Below are positions 27,033 to 37,576 of a stretch of DNA of 64,000 nt, piece by piece. The DNA lies in the IMG/VR virus record IMGVR_UViG_3300037086_000458, positions 1-64,000 of that record, one strand, 5' to 3'. How positions within the stretch are numbered: the stretch's first letter is position 1; each line of letters starts with the position of its first letter. Source of the DNA: a virus. Under the pieces are notes generated by a model. That model was not told the origin of the DNA and did not search any database. It worked only from the letters and a program-made list of their open reading frames with translations. A program made the position numbers and the translations under genes.

Positions 27033-27869
27033 TTAATCCTCTCCTACGCCGAGAGAAATTATTCCACCCTCGGTATCTGTGTGTAATTTGGATCTTTTTT
27101 TAGCGTTAGCTTCTTTTTTTTCTAAATAAGGATTACATGTTATCCTGTATGCACACCAAGCGCATGTTTTACTTAACTTAACTACTGATTCAAAAATCTT
27201 ATCTTTTTTTATGGCTTCTTTAGCCATAGCTAACTTATTTTTGAATTTTAACAGGATATCTGAGTTGAAATCTATGTACTGGATAGTTTTGTATTTATAG
27301 AATAAAAATCCTAATCTCTTAGGTAACTTTTCATGTTTAAGAAAATATAATAATGCGTAGAAAAATAATTGCTCAGGATCTACCCTATCTAAATGAGTTG
27401 TACTTTTACCATCTAATATCTCTACGGATCCATCTAGGCATTTTCTGATAAAATCTAATCTACCGTTTAAAATGTCCCCGCTTTTTTTAAGTTTTATCTC
27501 TATGTTTACTTCAGACTTGCACTCATTAAATAAAGGGAAAGTTTTTATATTCTCAAGTATGTCTTTAAACGCTTCCTCGAAGATCTCGTCAGCTGTTTGT
27601 TTTACCCAGGGATCCTTCCAGTTGACATAATTTTTTTCTAATATTTTTTCCCATTGTTTTTTTAATACAGCCCTCACTAATTCAGGGGTAATAGTAATCG
27701 TGCTGTTAATGAGGACGTTGGAGTATTCTTGAAAGAACCTTTGAATTAATATACCATATAAAGCAAAATATTTACTGTCTTCCATGGGTGGCTTTATACC
27801 ATCCAATTCATATTTAAATTTACGAGGGCATTTTAAATAGGTGTCATATTTCGAGAAGGATAGCTTCAT
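27033..27869 (-). CDS. PD-(D/E)XK RecB/Cas4-like exonuclease
   Basis: LSFS....Y..CPRK, GRLD, ILDGKS, QL.FY, CxxCxYxxxC. Confidence 0.88.
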   Translation of the reverse strand: MKLSFSKYDTYLKCPRKFKYELDGIKPPMEDSKYFALYGILIQRFFQEYSNVLINSTITITPELVRAVLKKQWEKILEKNYVNWKDPWVKQTADEIFEEAFKDILENIKTFPLFNECKSEVNIEIKLKKSGDILNGRLDFIRKCLDGSVEILDGKSTTHLDRVDPEQLFFYALLYFLKHEKLPKRLGFLFYKYKTIQYIDFNSDILLKFKNKLAMAKEAIKKDKIFESVVKLSKTCAWCAYRITCNPYLEKKEANAKKRSKLHTDTEGGIISLGVGED

Positions 27870-28864
27870 CTGAATATTTCCTTTATTGCTAAATCTGCTT
27901 GTTCTAAGTAATATTTAACGGAATCTATTATTTCTTTCTCAGCCTGGAGATTACTAATCTCGTACTCTATGGAGTTTGTATTCGTTAACCCTTCGTCCAA
28001 ATTTTTTTGTAATTTTTCTACAAATTCCTCTGTGGCCGATATTTTGTCCTTTTCGGCTTTCTTTTCTTCTAAATCAAAAACTTCTTCCGCAGGCTTTACC
28101 TTGAGTTTTATAGCCTGGGCTTTAATAGTAATTTTTCCTGAATCTTCTTTTGTTATTTCTACATAACCTATTTTAGGATCTCTTTTGATATTATCCTCAG
28201 AAGTAGTCCCTCTACTTACTGCTCCTACGTTAATGAAATATTGCAAATGTCCATTATTTACTTGTGTTTGGATACCTTGATCAATATGGTAGTGACCTAA
28301 GATATAGATATCGTAACCAAGCTCTCCTAATTCTTTATAAGAAAAAAGTTTGTTTTTAAACAGCACCCCTCCGTCTGAGGAAGAATATAAGTGTAAGGCA
28401 CAGATATTAACGTCATGTTTGTCTCTTTGTGCTTTGCTTGCGGTACATTCCCACTCTTTAAATTGGAACCCCATTAAGGATACGTTGACCCCTTTTATAC
28501 CTATCTCAATTTCTCTTAGTTGCGTTAGAGTGTTGCTGGTATATAATACTTTTAAAGGCTGCTCATCAAAATTATTATAGCTGCCCCTAAGATCGTGGTT
28601 CCCTTCGATAGAGTAGATAGGTGCCCCAAAATCTTTAAAAACTTCCATAAGAGTAGTGTTTAGATGGTGCGTATTTTTTATAGGGGCTTTTATATGATAA
28701 AGATCACCAGCAAACACATAAAAATCTACCCCTAATTTTTTCCCAGCAGCTCCTATTTGCTTAAGTTTAAGAAGTATATCCTTTTTATAACTTCCAAGAC
28801 GTGCAGAAGGATTAATATCACTTATATGAACGTCTGAAAAGGATATAAACTTTATTTTTGTCAT
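27866..28864 (-). CDS. sbcD: SbcD/Mre11-like metallophosphoesterase nuclease
   Basis: SDVH, AGDLYH, GNHD, GHYH, NVGA. Confidence 0.88.
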   Translation of the reverse strand: MTKIKFISFSDVHISDINPSARLGSYKKDILLKLKQIGAAGKKLGVDFYVFAGDLYHIKAPIKNTHHLNTTLMEVFKDFGAPIYSIEGNHDLRGSYNNFDEQPLKVLYTSNTLTQLREIEIGIKGVNVSLMGFQFKEWECTASKAQRDKHDVNICALHLYSSSDGGVLFKNKLFSYKELGELGYDIYILGHYHIDQGIQTQVNNGHLQYFINVGAVSRGTTSEDNIKRDPKIGYVEITKEDSGKITIKAQAIKLKVKPAEEVFDLEEKKAEKDKISATEEFVEKLQKNLDEGLTNTNSIEYEISNLQAEKEIIDSVKYYLEQADLAIKEIFR

Positions 28865-30024
28865 AATTTTGATCCGCATGCTGGGCAGCGATCATAAATA
28901 CTTAATTCTTTATCCACTTTTATTAGCTCTTCCCCGGCGATTTTAATTGAACTTCTGGTCTTATTAACATCGGTGACGAGATCCGCAGTTTTATCATATA
29001 AAAATTTCAAATTGTTTATAAATTCAATTTTTGTATCAGGTACTTCAGGTATTTTAATATCTTTAATATTTTTTAAGACATTAACAGAGGTTGCTAAAGA
29101 ATCATATCTTGATTGAAAGTTTCTGAGATTTTTGATCTCTGATAATTTGCTTTCAATTTCAGATGTTTCCTTTTCGGATATAATGATACTGTTAACTTCC
29201 CTGAGGCGTAAAAAATCTTTTTTTATATCTTGGATATCTGAAAGAAAATTTTTTATTTTATCACACTCTACTATGTTTTTCTCTATAGAAATATACGATG
29301 GAATCTCGATACTTTTAACTGGTTTAAATCTTTTTATTTCTTCTGTATTTTTTTCATAAATATAAAACCAAGATTTTAATCCGAAGATGTCATCATATTT
29401 CTTGTTTAGTTTTATTTTTTCATCATCAAGACTTTTAGCTACTATCTTTACCTTATCAAAATCTTCAAATCTTTCTAAATCTTTTTCGGCTTGATCAAAA
29501 TCGTTTTTTCTTAATTTACAAAGATTTGAATTTTCTCTTTGATCCCTAGCACACAAATCTATAGCTTTATAAAGCTTATCAAGACCGTAGATAGAAATAA
29601 GTAAGTCTGCGCTCTTAGTATCAAGCCTATCAACGAGGAATAGTGGAAAAAATTGCTCTGCATAAAATAAATTTATTTTTTCTTTGCCAACATTTAATAA
29701 ACCAAACCCAGCGTCTATAAGGGGCTTAGGAGGGGGTTGATTGCCAACCTTGTCATAGACATCCTCGTTATTTATCTTGTAGAAATTATTACCGCTTTCC
29801 TTATGCCATAGTAATTCTATGTCGGTTGTCTTAATTTTTACTTCACAGAATTTCTCACCCCACCTAATAAAGTCTGTACCTTGTTGATTGGTAAGTGCAG
29901 CATTAATGGCTCTTAATGATGCACTTTTACCAATAAAATTCCTACCTACAATAGTAGTGAATCCCTCAAACTTAAGAGATAAGTTTTTTATAGACTGAAA
30001 GTTTGTTATATCAACTTCGAACAT
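28861..30024 (-). CDS. SbcC/Rad50-like ATPase, N-terminal half ending at the Zn hook
   Basis: ITNFQS, Walker A GRNFIGKS, Q-loop, coiled coil, C-terminal CPACG. Confidence 0.85.
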   Translation of the reverse strand: MFEVDITNFQSIKNLSLKFEGFTTIVGRNFIGKSASLRAINAALTNQQGTDFIRWGEKFCEVKIKTTDIELLWHKESGNNFYKINNEDVYDKVGNQPPPKPLIDAGFGLLNVGKEKINLFYAEQFFPLFLVDRLDTKSADLLISIYGLDKLYKAIDLCARDQRENSNLCKLRKNDFDQAEKDLERFEDFDKVKIVAKSLDDEKIKLNKKYDDIFGLKSWFYIYEKNTEEIKRFKPVKSIEIPSYISIEKNIVECDKIKNFLSDIQDIKKDFLRLREVNSIIISEKETSEIESKLSEIKNLRNFQSRYDSLATSVNVLKNIKDIKIPEVPDTKIEFINNLKFLYDKTADLVTDVNKTRSSIKIAGEELIKVDKELSIYDRCPACGSKL

Positions 30025-31385
30025 TATCCTTGTTCTCCACTACCCATAACGGATTTAAGATCGTCGAGTTCCTCTTTACCATCTTCAGATATTTCAACGG
30101 AATCAATTTTGTCATCTACCTCAACTTCTAAAGAGTCATCGTCGAGTATAGATCCTTTTAACTGACTCCTAAGTTTATTCAATTCCTCGAGGTCATCTTT
30201 GGAAAGATCCTTTTCATCCATACCCTCAAGTTCCTTTTTCCTCTCTATCATAGCTTCTGTGCTGGCTGATGGGATAAGGTATGGGGTTACTGCTTCCAAT
30301 ATCTCAGAGTGTTCCTCTAAGTATTTAACAACATTCATTCTGCCTTGGATGTTAAAACTATACTTACCGTTAGGGTCTTCCCAGGAGATATATCCAGCAG
30401 CTTTATCTTTGAATACCTTTGTATTTTCCCCAAGATAAACTAAAGACAAGATATTATCTACACCTTTTCCGAAAGTAATGTAAATAGGTCCAGATTTATA
30501 GGCTACATCAAATTTATTTTTTACACATATAGCTTTAACCATCTGGCTGACCATTTTCTTTTCGCTTAATCCAGAGAGATTGCTAACACCCATTACGCTT
30601 TCTCTTTCACTGGTTTGCTTAAGCTCTATCCTTACGGTCGTGTAATATTTAGGTGCCTGACCTCCTGAGCTTATTTTCTTAGGACCACCATGCATCCCAG
30701 GCATCGAAGACATTTTAATATCTACACGGGTTTGATTGATAAGTACAAGGGCAGTGTTGTACTTGTCTAATCTTTTTGTTATCCAATTCAAAAATTGGCT
30801 TGTAAGCTTTGCATGTTTTCCTATCTGGACCATTTTTGTTGGATCTTCGTTATCTTCAGATTCAGGAATCATACCGGTAACTGAATCTATGACTATAATA
30901 GCTGGGTGATAAGCTACCATGGCTTTGGCTATTTTTTCCACGCCACTCTCAAAATTCATGGGAGTAATACCAAAAAAATTTGGGGAGTTTGTATCAATCC
31001 CTAAATTTTCTACGTAAGTTTTTTGTAGACGAAGGCTGTGTTCAAAATCTGCCCATACTACAGGCTCCCCAGCATCCAAAACATTTTTGCAAGCGAGGAG
31101 GGCTAGTGTAGTTTTACCCGTAGCTTCATCACCAAATATTTCTGTTACACCGCCTCTGGGGAATCCACCTGGTTCGTTATTTAAAGAGCCATTCCCTATT
31201 AATCGGTTCAATATAAGAGAACCAGTAGGTATGACTTCTATTTTTTTCATATGGAGATAAGTGCCTTCTTTCTCACACTCGGCCCTTAACTCTTTTTTAA
31301 GATCGCCTTTTCCTTTTGGCTTACTTTTATTTTCTTCAGGTTCCGGAGTCTTCTTCTTTCCCCAGGTCCCTTTTTTCTTTTGCAT
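30024..31385 (-). CDS. recA: RecA recombinase with an acidic C-terminal tail
   Basis: IPTGSL.L, GGFPRG..TEIFGDEATGKTT, IVIDSV, INQTR, SGGQA.KYY, VKNK. Confidence 0.93.
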   Translation of the reverse strand: MQKKKGTWGKKKTPEPEENKSKPKGKGDLKKELRAECEKEGTYLHMKKIEVIPTGSLILNRLIGNGSLNNEPGGFPRGGVTEIFGDEATGKTTLALLACKNVLDAGEPVVWADFEHSLRLQKTYVENLGIDTNSPNFFGITPMNFESGVEKIAKAMVAYHPAIIVIDSVTGMIPESEDNEDPTKMVQIGKHAKLTSQFLNWITKRLDKYNTALVLINQTRVDIKMSSMPGMHGGPKKISSGGQAPKYYTTVRIELKQTSERESVMGVSNLSGLSEKKMVSQMVKAICVKNKFDVAYKSGPIYITFGKGVDNILSLVYLGENTKVFKDKAAGYISWEDPNGKYSFNIQGRMNVVKYLEEHSEILEAVTPYLIPSASTEAMIERKKELEGMDEKDLSKDDLEELNKLRSQLKGSILDDDSLEVEVDDKIDSVEISEDGKEELDDLKSVMGSGEQG

Positions 31386-32040
31386 CCTCTAATCTCCTTT
31401 TGATTTTTTTAAAATCGAAGAACATTTCGTTTTCCCGATAGATATATCCGACATACTCTGTAAATCCTGTTTTTATACCTTTAGTAAAAGTATGCTTACC
31501 ACAAAAAACTTCTCGCTCATACTTGCCGAGATCTTCTTCTTTAAGATTTTTTAAAATAAAAAATTTGTAAAATCTTTTTCCAAAATACCCAGCCCAATAA
31601 GCGTCAGCTATGTCGTTTGCTAACCTGTGCCCTTGCATCCCTAAGATGGTTTTGGCGGCATCAACCATATGGGCTTTTCCGACATCTTGAACACTCAGAT
31701 CCGGTCTAACCAATTTTTTAAGCTGCTGTGGCGGGAATGCAACAACAAATGTGCCAAGATCCAGGAAGGTTTTATGTATGAATTGATTTAAAGCAAATAG
31801 ATGCTCTGCTTCATTACCACCAAAAAAAGGGGCTTCCATCCCAACAATATTGATGTTATGTTCAAGTAGCTTATCCTTAATCTGCTTTTGCTGTTTAAGA
31901 ATACGCTGGATTAAAATACCATCAAGTTCGGATGTTTTTAATAAACCCTTATCTATAAGCTTATCGTCTGGGCCATCTATGTCTAAAACAACATATCCGG
32001 CCTTTCGTAGAGATGGGTCCATCCCTAATATATAGGCCAT
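31336..32040 (-). CDS. RuvC-like Holliday junction resolvase
   Basis: ILGMDPS...GY, VGMEAP, DIADAY; ATG start chosen after a GGGGA SD. Confidence 0.85.
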   Translation of the reverse strand: MAYILGMDPSLRKAGYVVLDIDGPDDKLIDKGLLKTSELDGILIQRILKQQKQIKDKLLEHNINIVGMEAPFFGGNEAEHLFALNQFIHKTFLDLGTFVVAFPPQQLKKLVRPDLSVQDVGKAHMVDAAKTILGMQGHRLANDIADAYWAGYFGKRFYKFFILKNLKEEDLGKYEREVFCGKHTFTKGIKTGFTEYVGYIYRENEMFFDFKKIKRRLEDAKEKRDLGKEEDSGT

Positions 32041-32052
32041 ACATATCCCCAA

Positions 32053-32085
32053 AAAAGGTACCTGTAGGACTTACAGGTACCTTTT
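32053..32085. terminator. Intrinsic terminator (bidirectional hairpin)
   Basis: AAAAGGTACCTGTAG-GAC-TTACAGGTACCTTTT. Confidence 0.7.
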
Positions 32086-32096
32086 AATTCGGTGTT

Positions 32097-32738
32097 TTAA
32101 ATGCCTTCCAACACGTCGCCTACAGCAACATCGGTAGCTGCATCCTGTGAGCCAGGAGCATCTACCCCAAGGAGTTCTCTAATCTCTTCGATACTGAGAT
32201 CTTGGCCTAGGTTGCTTTTTGCATCTTCTAACACCGCTGGATATTCAGCAAGGACCTTTTTCTGAAGCTCAGGATTCTTTCTCCAGATAGAGTCATTACA
32301 AGCTATGACCTCTATGTTCTGGAATTCCTCCACCTTACACTTGAGCTTTATATCATGTGAAATGAGGGCGAATTCATTATTGGTTTCTTTAAGAGTATTA
32401 TACATGCTCTCTCCAAAAACCCATGGAAGGAGTTCCCAACCCATCAACTTTGGTTTGCCATCTTTTACTTGGATATCATAAACAATAATTGCGGCTGCTA
32501 TTCTCCATTTTGGCTTGTTTTTTTCATAGCTGGTAGTGCAACAAATGGCTTTGCTTTCTTTTGTTGATTTACATACAAAGTATTTGTCCTTATAATGGAT
32601 CATGGCACCTTTGTATATATTTTTAGGGTCGGTAAAAATAATACCTACGCGGTCTGTTTGACCTTCTTTACCTTTGTAACTCTTGAATTTTGTGGAACGG
32701 ATGTCATCTCTTTCCATTCCAAAGGATTCCACTGTCAT
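32097..32738 (-). CDS. Putative phage single-stranded DNA-binding protein
   Basis: Located in the recombination block; H..C..CC Zn-like motif; acidic C-terminus. Confidence 0.5.
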   Translation of the reverse strand: MTVESFGMERDDIRSTKFKSYKGKEGQTDRVGIIFTDPKNIYKGAMIHYKDKYFVCKSTKESKAICCTTSYEKNKPKWRIAAAIIVYDIQVKDGKPKLMGWELLPWVFGESMYNTLKETNNEFALISHDIKLKCKVEEFQNIEVIACNDSIWRKNPELQKKVLAEYPAVLEDAKSNLGQDLSIEEIRELLGVDAPGSQDAATDVAVGDVLEGI

Positions 32739-32749
32739 TGTAACTCTCC

Positions 32750-33070
32750 TTATAGAAATTGTTTTATAAAATCCCCGGGTTTATAAATGACACGGTTACC
32801 TCTAATTTTTTTTGTAACCATGCCTTTGACTTTTTTGTCAAAAACTTTTTTATCTTTTTCACCAATATTTTTGATAAGTACTGTACCAAAACCGCTTACA
32901 AGGTTTAGTTTTTTATCTTTAAGTAAATTATAGAAAATTTCTTCCGTTAGTTTTTTGTATATTTCTTTTTTTACAGGCTTTGAAAGAGCCCTCTTAAGTA
33001 CTTTTTTTTCTATTCCCCTACTGGATAATACATTGATAAGAGTGTCAGAAATAATATCTTCCATAGCCAT
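32750..33070 (-). CDS. HU/IHF-like DNA-binding protein
   Basis: GFGT arm motif and YKPG. Confidence 0.7.
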   Translation of the reverse strand: MAMEDIISDTLINVLSSRGIEKKVLKRALSKPVKKEIYKKLTEEIFYNLLKDKKLNLVSGFGTVLIKNIGEKDKKVFDKKVKGMVTKKIRGNRVIYKPGDFIKQFL

Positions 33071-33073
33071 AAA

Positions 33074-34306
33074 TTAGAGATTGCTAAGGTCATCTAAGAT
33101 ATTATCTATGTTCACTTCCCCTGAGATAGTTGCAGTATCTCCTTTTGGTGCAGTCTTAGGACTTTTCTCTTTGGATGAAGGCTCTCCTTGGCCTGACTTT
33201 TTTGCAGGTTTATTGGTGACCACCGGAACATCTTCAGAAAGTATGTCTTCTAAGATAGTGCCCGCGTTACTCTCATCAATTATCTCGGCAGAAGATCCTT
33301 GATCAACATCTATCAAAGTATTCTCCTCTGACCCGACATCAGTAGCTGCTTCTATTTCCGCATCAGCAGTTGATGCGACATTAGTAGGCCTTGAATCAAT
33401 ATCTACAGGAGCGTCCCCCTCAGAAATATTATCCAAACCGTCTAAAACAGTATCCATATCTAAATCTGAATCCTCACCATCTTCTGGATTTTCACCATCA
33501 GATGTTTGAGATTCTTCTTCAGATGAGACGCTGTCTGGTTCAATAACCGTTGAACCTTTAGAATCTGTATTACCTAAATCAAAATCTGAAGTATCTACTT
33601 CTGTAGAAGATGACACTTTAGGTTCTTGTAAGGTAACGTCTGACGGCACAGGATCTGATTCAAGCGTAATATCCATATCTTTATTATCGACGGTAACATC
33701 CTCTTCTTGTTCTATAAATTCTTTTCCTTCTTCAGCTTCGAGACTTCTTTCAAGCGCCTCTACTCCTCCCAAAGCTTTCATTAATTTAGCTGTATCTTTA
33801 TCATCTGGTAGGGGCACATTGATCTTAAGAAGGTCACTCATCATCCTGGATTGATCTTGGATGTTTCTCATCTTTTTTATTATAATACTCTGCTTAGTCT
33901 TTATAAGACCAGAGAGACTCCTAAGAGCAAGAATCTTACGGCTAAGTTTATTAAATTCAGCCATACTGTCTTTCATTAATAGCTCTATGGCTGATTCACG
34001 CTCTTTACCGGTTGCATATTTTTTTAGGAGGTCTTGGTTATTGGCGAACTCATTTCTTTTTTTATTATTTATTTCTTCTTCGACTATACTCTGGCGTATC
34101 TCATAGTTCGTAAGCTCGCGGACTACCTTAGTATTGATTTTGTCTAATAAGTCAAGTGCTTTATCACATTCAACAATTTTTTGATCTATATAATGCCTGT
34201 TATAAGTGCTCTGCATCTCCAAAGGGACTTCTATTTTGGAGATTTGATCATAGATAAAATTTGTATCTAAATTCTGTAGAGATTTTTCAAAGTCGCCCAT
34301 AAGCAC
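33074..34306 (-). CDS. Coiled-coil protein with a long acidic disordered tail
   Basis: Composition. Confidence 0.7.
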   Translation of the reverse strand: MLMGDFEKSLQNLDTNFIYDQISKIEVPLEMQSTYNRHYIDQKIVECDKALDLLDKINTKVVRELTNYEIRQSIVEEEINNKKRNEFANNQDLLKKYATGKERESAIELLMKDSMAEFNKLSRKILALRSLSGLIKTKQSIIIKKMRNIQDQSRMMSDLLKINVPLPDDKDTAKLMKALGGVEALERSLEAEEGKEFIEQEEDVTVDNKDMDITLESDPVPSDVTLQEPKVSSSTEVDTSDFDLGNTDSKGSTVIEPDSVSSEEESQTSDGENPEDGEDSDLDMDTVLDGLDNISEGDAPVDIDSRPTNVASTADAEIEAATDVGSEENTLIDVDQGSSAEIIDESNAGTILEDILSEDVPVVTNKPAKKSGQGEPSSKEKSPKTAPKGDTATISGEVNIDNILDDLSNL

Positions 34307-34442
34307 CTCTGCCTTTATCTTAATTATAGTTTTCTTAACATCTAAATATAATGATGTTGTTATTAATTATTAAAGTGGTTTTTTATTATTTTTTAAGCAA
34401 TTTATTTTGTTATGCCTGTGGTAGTTGGCTCGGGTGTTATTA

Positions 34443-34616
34443 CTAACATTTGTGCTCTGATATAATGAGTGTTAATACATTGTCTCGTAGTTGAAATGTT
34501 TGCTTTGCTCCACAATCAACGCACTCAATCTCAAAAATCTGATCGCCTTTTGGTATATCATACCCATATTTTGTTATATTTTTTGCTACCTTCTCGCCCT
34601 TCCAAACATTACCCAT
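34443..34616 (-). CDS. Small Zn-ribbon protein (57 aa, not in the ORF track)
   Basis: AAAGGAG SD; MGNVWKGEK...CVDC...HKC. Confidence 0.55.
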   Translation of the reverse strand: MGNVWKGEKVAKNITKYGYDIPKGDQIFEIECVDCGAKQTFQLRDNVLTLIISEHKC

Positions 34617-34649
34617 AATAAACTCCTTTTACTGTTATTTTACATCTTA

Positions 34650-35129
34650 TTATTCTGTAGCAGCTGATTCCAGCTGTGTTATTTCAAAAAAAGCTTTTTT
34701 AGAATCAATATCGTGTTTGGTATCTTTAACATTATTTAAAAATTCAACAGCTAACTCATCATCTATATCGCCAAAAAAATACAGCTCATGTATGTCTGCC
34801 TGATAGAGTAATTTTAATTCATCTATATGCGGGAAATAAGTTAGAAAGGCAGCTCCTCCAGATCCTTGAACTTCTCTTCCATCGTCTGTAGAACTTTTTC
34901 CAGAGAGATAGGATCTAATTGCTTCGAAGATTGGCGATGTGAAGACTGGGTGTAATTCGGTTGACTCTCTGAATTTTCCAACCTCTTCTGCAAAGATACA
35001 CTTGTTGTACCCGATTCCGCAGATGCTCTCTCCTCGAACAATAAGAGCTGCTTTAGGGTTTCTGCATTCTGATAGTTGCTTGGATTGTTGTACAACTGTC
35101 GCAAAGAAGTTCCTTTGTTTTCCATCCAT
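34650..35129 (-). CDS. dCMP-deaminase-like protein lacking catalytic motifs; overlaps recD2
   Basis: S.C...AALIV....GIGYN and AFLTYFP...L.QADI..LYF pattern, but no HAE or PCxxC. Confidence 0.6.
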   Translation of the reverse strand: MDGKQRNFFATVVQQSKQLSECRNPKAALIVRGESICGIGYNKCIFAEEVGKFRESTELHPVFTSPIFEAIRSYLSGKSSTDDGREVQGSGGAAFLTYFPHIDELKLLYQADIHELYFFGDIDDELAVEFLNNVKDTKHDIDSKKAFFEITQLESAATE

Positions 35130-37333
35130 TCTGCAATCCTTTGTGAAAAAAGAGTGTTTCTTTCTTGGATCTTATCATTTTCAATAGCACCAACTATAGC
35201 TGACCCTTGCCCAAAAACTATGATTTTTTTTCTAGCCCGGGTAATAGCCGTATATAATAAATTCCTTTGCAGGATACGTTTGCCGTGAAATTTAATGAAG
35301 GGTAATAGAACAAGGTCATATTCCATGCCTTCCGCTTTATGTACAGTAATTGCGTATGCAAGTTTTAAAAGTTCATCCGCAATCTCTATAGGGATATTAA
35401 CTTCTTTTTTACCCTCATAATCATCTATTTCAACAAGGATGTCTGTAGCTAAAAATTTTATTACCTTACCTATATCACCATTAAACACTCCTAATTGATA
35501 ATCATTTTTTCTTATTAAAACTCGGTCTCCTATCCTAATAACTCCTCCATTAACATAAATTTCTCTATCTCCTTCAACTTTTGGGTTCAAACTTTCTTGA
35601 AGGGCTATATTCAGAGTGTCTACAGATAAAGGTCCGCTGTTTCGAGGAGTTATTATCTGGAAAGTCTTCTTAAGACCTTTTGCCTTGATCTGATCTTTTA
35701 AATCCTTAGCTAATTTTATTATGGTCTTTTCGAGCTCTTTTATGTTCTGGTTCCTTATAAACCATATATCAGCCTTAGGATCGCTTTTAAATAAAGATAA
35801 ATCTATATCTCCTTCTCTTATTTTTTTAGCCTCTTTAATAATATCAGACTGCTCCTCTTGCCGGAAGATATTCTTTAGAGAGATAGTCTTTATGACGTTG
35901 CTCTTAATAAGTTCGTTTAAAACACGTCCGGGGCCTACAGAAGGCAGTTGATCGTTATCCCCTACAAACACCAGCTTGGTGTGGGTGTAGAGGGCAGAAA
36001 CAAGCCTGTAGAACACTTCCATGTCGACCATGCTCATTTCGTCGATTACTGCAACAGATGTGTCATATTTGTTGTTTATATTATAGTCCCAGCTGTTACC
36101 TTTATATCCAAGTTTCCTATGGATCGTGTAGGCTTCGTACCCAGCTGTTACACCTAATTTTTTTGATGCTATCCCGGTAGGGGTTAAGAGATCAAAATTT
36201 ATTTTATTTTTAATCATTAATTCTACGAAAGATTTAATAATCGTGGTTTTTCCCGTACCCGGTGAGCCGGTTACTATTAAAATTTTTTCTTTTATAAATG
36301 ATCTTATGGCGTCTCTTTGTTCTTCACTTAACTTAAATGCTCCTGGTTTTGTTGGATCCTGTTGTGATAGCTCATACTCTTCAATGAACTTTTCAGTATC
36401 TATATGACTTAAATCACAACTATCAGGCTTATTGGCTATTAAACTTAAGATCCTCGCTGATTCGTTCTCATAAAAGAATAAGTTTACCTCATAATATTTA
36501 TCACCATTCCTGACCAAATATCCTTCATTTTCTAAATGGATTAAGTGAGCTTCTATATCCTGTAGAGTTATTTCTGAGCTTTTAAATTTAAAAGTTGTTC
36601 CTTGGTTATAGACATTAATTGCTTTTATAATTTGATGATCATATAAAAACAGATGCCCTGAGTTTACAGCTTCTTTAAGGACCCACAATATAAAATGGGT
36701 GTATCTTAGCTTATCCTCGGCTGAGAAGTGTAATTTCCCTGCTATAAAGTCACAAGTGGTAAATCCAAACCCAGCGAAGCATAATAGATATGGATTCTCT
36801 TTTATTTTGGTCTCAGCGTCTATCCCAAATCGAAGGAGTATCTTTTTAATGTTATTTTCTGATAGTCCTAACGAATAAAGAAATATTTTTACGCTTTTCT
36901 CTTCTCTATGCTCATTCCAGGCTTTGACTATGTTTTGAGCTATTTTTTCACCAATGTTAGGTACTTCGCAGAGTCTTTCCGGATGATTTTCTATGATATC
37001 TTCAAGTTCTTCACCGAAGTGGTTGGCGAGGTCATGTGATTTTATAGGTCCAACGAATTTTGCAATAGACTGAAGATATAAAGCTAAGCTTATTGTTGAG
37101 GTTTTGTCATAGGTGAATGTGTGGGCTTTTGCTCTAAAACCTTTTCCATACTTTGGATGATCTCGATAATCTCCATGTACTTCTATCGAAACACCCTCTA
37201 CTATCTCCTGAAAATCGCCTGAGACAGTACTATACTGACCATTTTTATTTTTCAAGATAAAAATTTTGAAGTTGTTGTCTTTTTCTGGGGATGTCCATAC
37301 TATCCTGTGGACAGTGCCTGTGAGTGTTTCCAT
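34841..37333 (-). CDS. recD2: RecD2-like SF1B helicase
   Basis: N-terminal OB/HhH region, TGSPGTGKTT, TIHR, IDEMSM, VGDNDQLPSVGPG, LAYAITVHK, YTAITRA. Confidence 0.93.
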   Translation of the reverse strand: METLTGTVHRIVWTSPEKDNNFKIFILKNKNGQYSTVSGDFQEIVEGVSIEVHGDYRDHPKYGKGFRAKAHTFTYDKTSTISLALYLQSIAKFVGPIKSHDLANHFGEELEDIIENHPERLCEVPNIGEKIAQNIVKAWNEHREEKSVKIFLYSLGLSENNIKKILLRFGIDAETKIKENPYLLCFAGFGFTTCDFIAGKLHFSAEDKLRYTHFILWVLKEAVNSGHLFLYDHQIIKAINVYNQGTTFKFKSSEITLQDIEAHLIHLENEGYLVRNGDKYYEVNLFFYENESARILSLIANKPDSCDLSHIDTEKFIEEYELSQQDPTKPGAFKLSEEQRDAIRSFIKEKILIVTGSPGTGKTTIIKSFVELMIKNKINFDLLTPTGIASKKLGVTAGYEAYTIHRKLGYKGNSWDYNINNKYDTSVAVIDEMSMVDMEVFYRLVSALYTHTKLVFVGDNDQLPSVGPGRVLNELIKSNVIKTISLKNIFRQEEQSDIIKEAKKIREGDIDLSLFKSDPKADIWFIRNQNIKELEKTIIKLAKDLKDQIKAKGLKKTFQIITPRNSGPLSVDTLNIALQESLNPKVEGDREIYVNGGVIRIGDRVLIRKNDYQLGVFNGDIGKVIKFLATDILVEIDDYEGKKEVNIPIEIADELLKLAYAITVHKAEGMEYDLVLLPFIKFHGKRILQRNLLYTAITRARKKIIVFGQGSAIVGAIENDKIQERNTLFSQRIAEWMENKGTSLRQLYNNPSNYQNAETLKQLLLFEERASAESGTTSVSLQKRLENSESQPNYTQSSHRQSSKQLDPISLEKVLQTMEEKFKDLEELPF

Positions 37334-37576
37334 TTACTTCTTTGATTTTAGATTGATATTAATTTTGAACAGGTGCAGGAAGGTATTCCGTAGACTCCAA
37401 GCTACTAAGACTATCCCGAAGCACATTAATATTACCACCAAGGCTGCACAGAATACTATACCGATCCACCTTATGACTACAAACACCATAGGCTCATATT
37501 TGCAAAATAAAATGATGCCTATGACGGATAATAAGGTTGGTGTAAAATAAAGAAGACCTTTAAGAACGTTTTTCAT
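37334..37576 (-). CDS. Small membrane protein
   Basis: Two hydrophobic helices. Confidence 0.55.
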   Translation of the reverse strand: MKNVLKGLLYFTPTLLSVIGIILFCKYEPMVFVVIRWIGIVFCAALVVILMCFGIVLVAWSLRNTFLHLFKININLKSKK

